Shown here one piece after another: positions 13,765-14,368 of a stretch of 14,368 nucleotides of DNA (positions are counted from its first letter, which is position 1; every line of letters begins with the position of its first letter). The stretch is taken from contig JBDKRC010000086.1 of the NCBI GenBank assembly GCA_039683575.1, forward strand, positions 1 through 14,368, read 5' to 3'. The DNA is from Armatimonadia bacterium (GTDB lineage Bacteria; Armatimonadota; Zipacnadia; Zipacnadales; UBA11051). The notes under the pieces were generated by a model. It was not told where the DNA came from. It saw nothing but the letters and a program-made list of their open reading frames with translations, and made no database searches. The position numbers were made by a program, and so were the translations under genes.

Positions 13765-14367
13765 TTACTCGACCGGAACGGCCTTGCCGGTGCGGGCGGA
13801 GGTGTAGCAGGCCTCGATGACCTTGTGGCTCCAGATGCCGTCTTCGCCGGGGATCGGAGCGGGAGTGTCGTTCATGATGGCCTGGCAGAACGCCTGGATG
13901 TGGGCCATGTACATGTTCGTCACGGGGGGCTCGATGGTCTGCTTGGCAGCCTCGGGCTCGCGGGCCTGGCCGGCGTCGTAGCCTTTGTCACCCTTCTCGA
14001 TGACGGCGTTGAGCTGGCCGGTGGAGGCCTGGCCGATGGTGCCGAAGGAGTAGACGCTGCCCTTGGAGCCGTAGACTTCGAGGGCGTTGCGGGCGGCGGC
14101 GTCGGGGACGTTGAACATGGCGTCCACTACGCCAATCGCGCCATTCTCGAACTGCAGCATCGCTACGGCGGTGTCTTCTGAGGCGTAGTCCTGCACGAGA
14201 TTGGCGGTGTAGCACTTGACCTCGCGGACGCGGCCGAAGAACTGCTCGAGCAGGTCTACGCAGTGGTTGCCCATGTCAATGAAGCTGCCGCCGCCACCGA
14301 GTTCCGGGTTCTGGCGGAAGGCACCAGGGATGGGCGGGTACCAGCAGGTGAGCTCGGCACGGCCCAT
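13765..14367 (-). CDS. Gfo/Idh/MocA family oxidoreductase, C-terminal part (host gene; 5' end lies beyond the window)
   Basis: GGGSFIDMGNHCVDLL, EDTAVAMLQFENGAIG, LEVYGSKGS and AF..AI.......EDG.....VIEACYTSARTGKAV are all family motifs. Confidence 0.92.
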   Translation of the reverse strand: MGRAELTCWYPPIPGAFRQNPELGGGGSFIDMGNHCVDLLEQFFGRVREVKCYTANLVQDYASEDTAVAMLQFENGAIGVVDAMFNVPDAAARNALEVYGSKGSVYSFGTIGQASTGQLNAVIEKGDKGYDAGQAREPEAAKQTIEPPVTNMYMAHIQAFCQAIMNDTPAPIPGEDGIWSHKVIEACYTSARTGKAVPVE

Positions 14368-14368
14368 G

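Overview
High-GC, strongly G-skewed bacterial DNA. About 13.7 kb of the + strand is the second half of a siphovirus-type (non-contractile) virion morphogenesis operon. In order: an Ig/FN3-like protein (truncated by the window edge), head-tail adaptor, head closure, tail terminator, tail tube, a tail assembly chaperone with a probable programmed -1 frameshift (A8 run at 4454-4461), only a short 218-aa ORF where a tape-measure gene is expected, a 966-aa multi-domain protein, a small Asp-box protein, a 762-aa hub/tail-tip protein, a fibre-like protein, two small membrane proteins and an LL-H-family holin. The operon ends at a probable bidirectional terminator shared with a convergent host Gfo/Idh/MocA oxidoreductase. 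No endolysin, integrase or att site is visible. The reading frames look intact, yet six intergenic gaps carry host-type REP-like palindromes, 82-88 bp hairpin elements and a VNTR. The best hypothesis (inference) is a long-domesticated, short-tailed phage-derived particle, i.e. a candidate gene-transfer-agent-like system, rather than a recent prophage. All protein calls come from motif recognition and gene order; no database searches were run.
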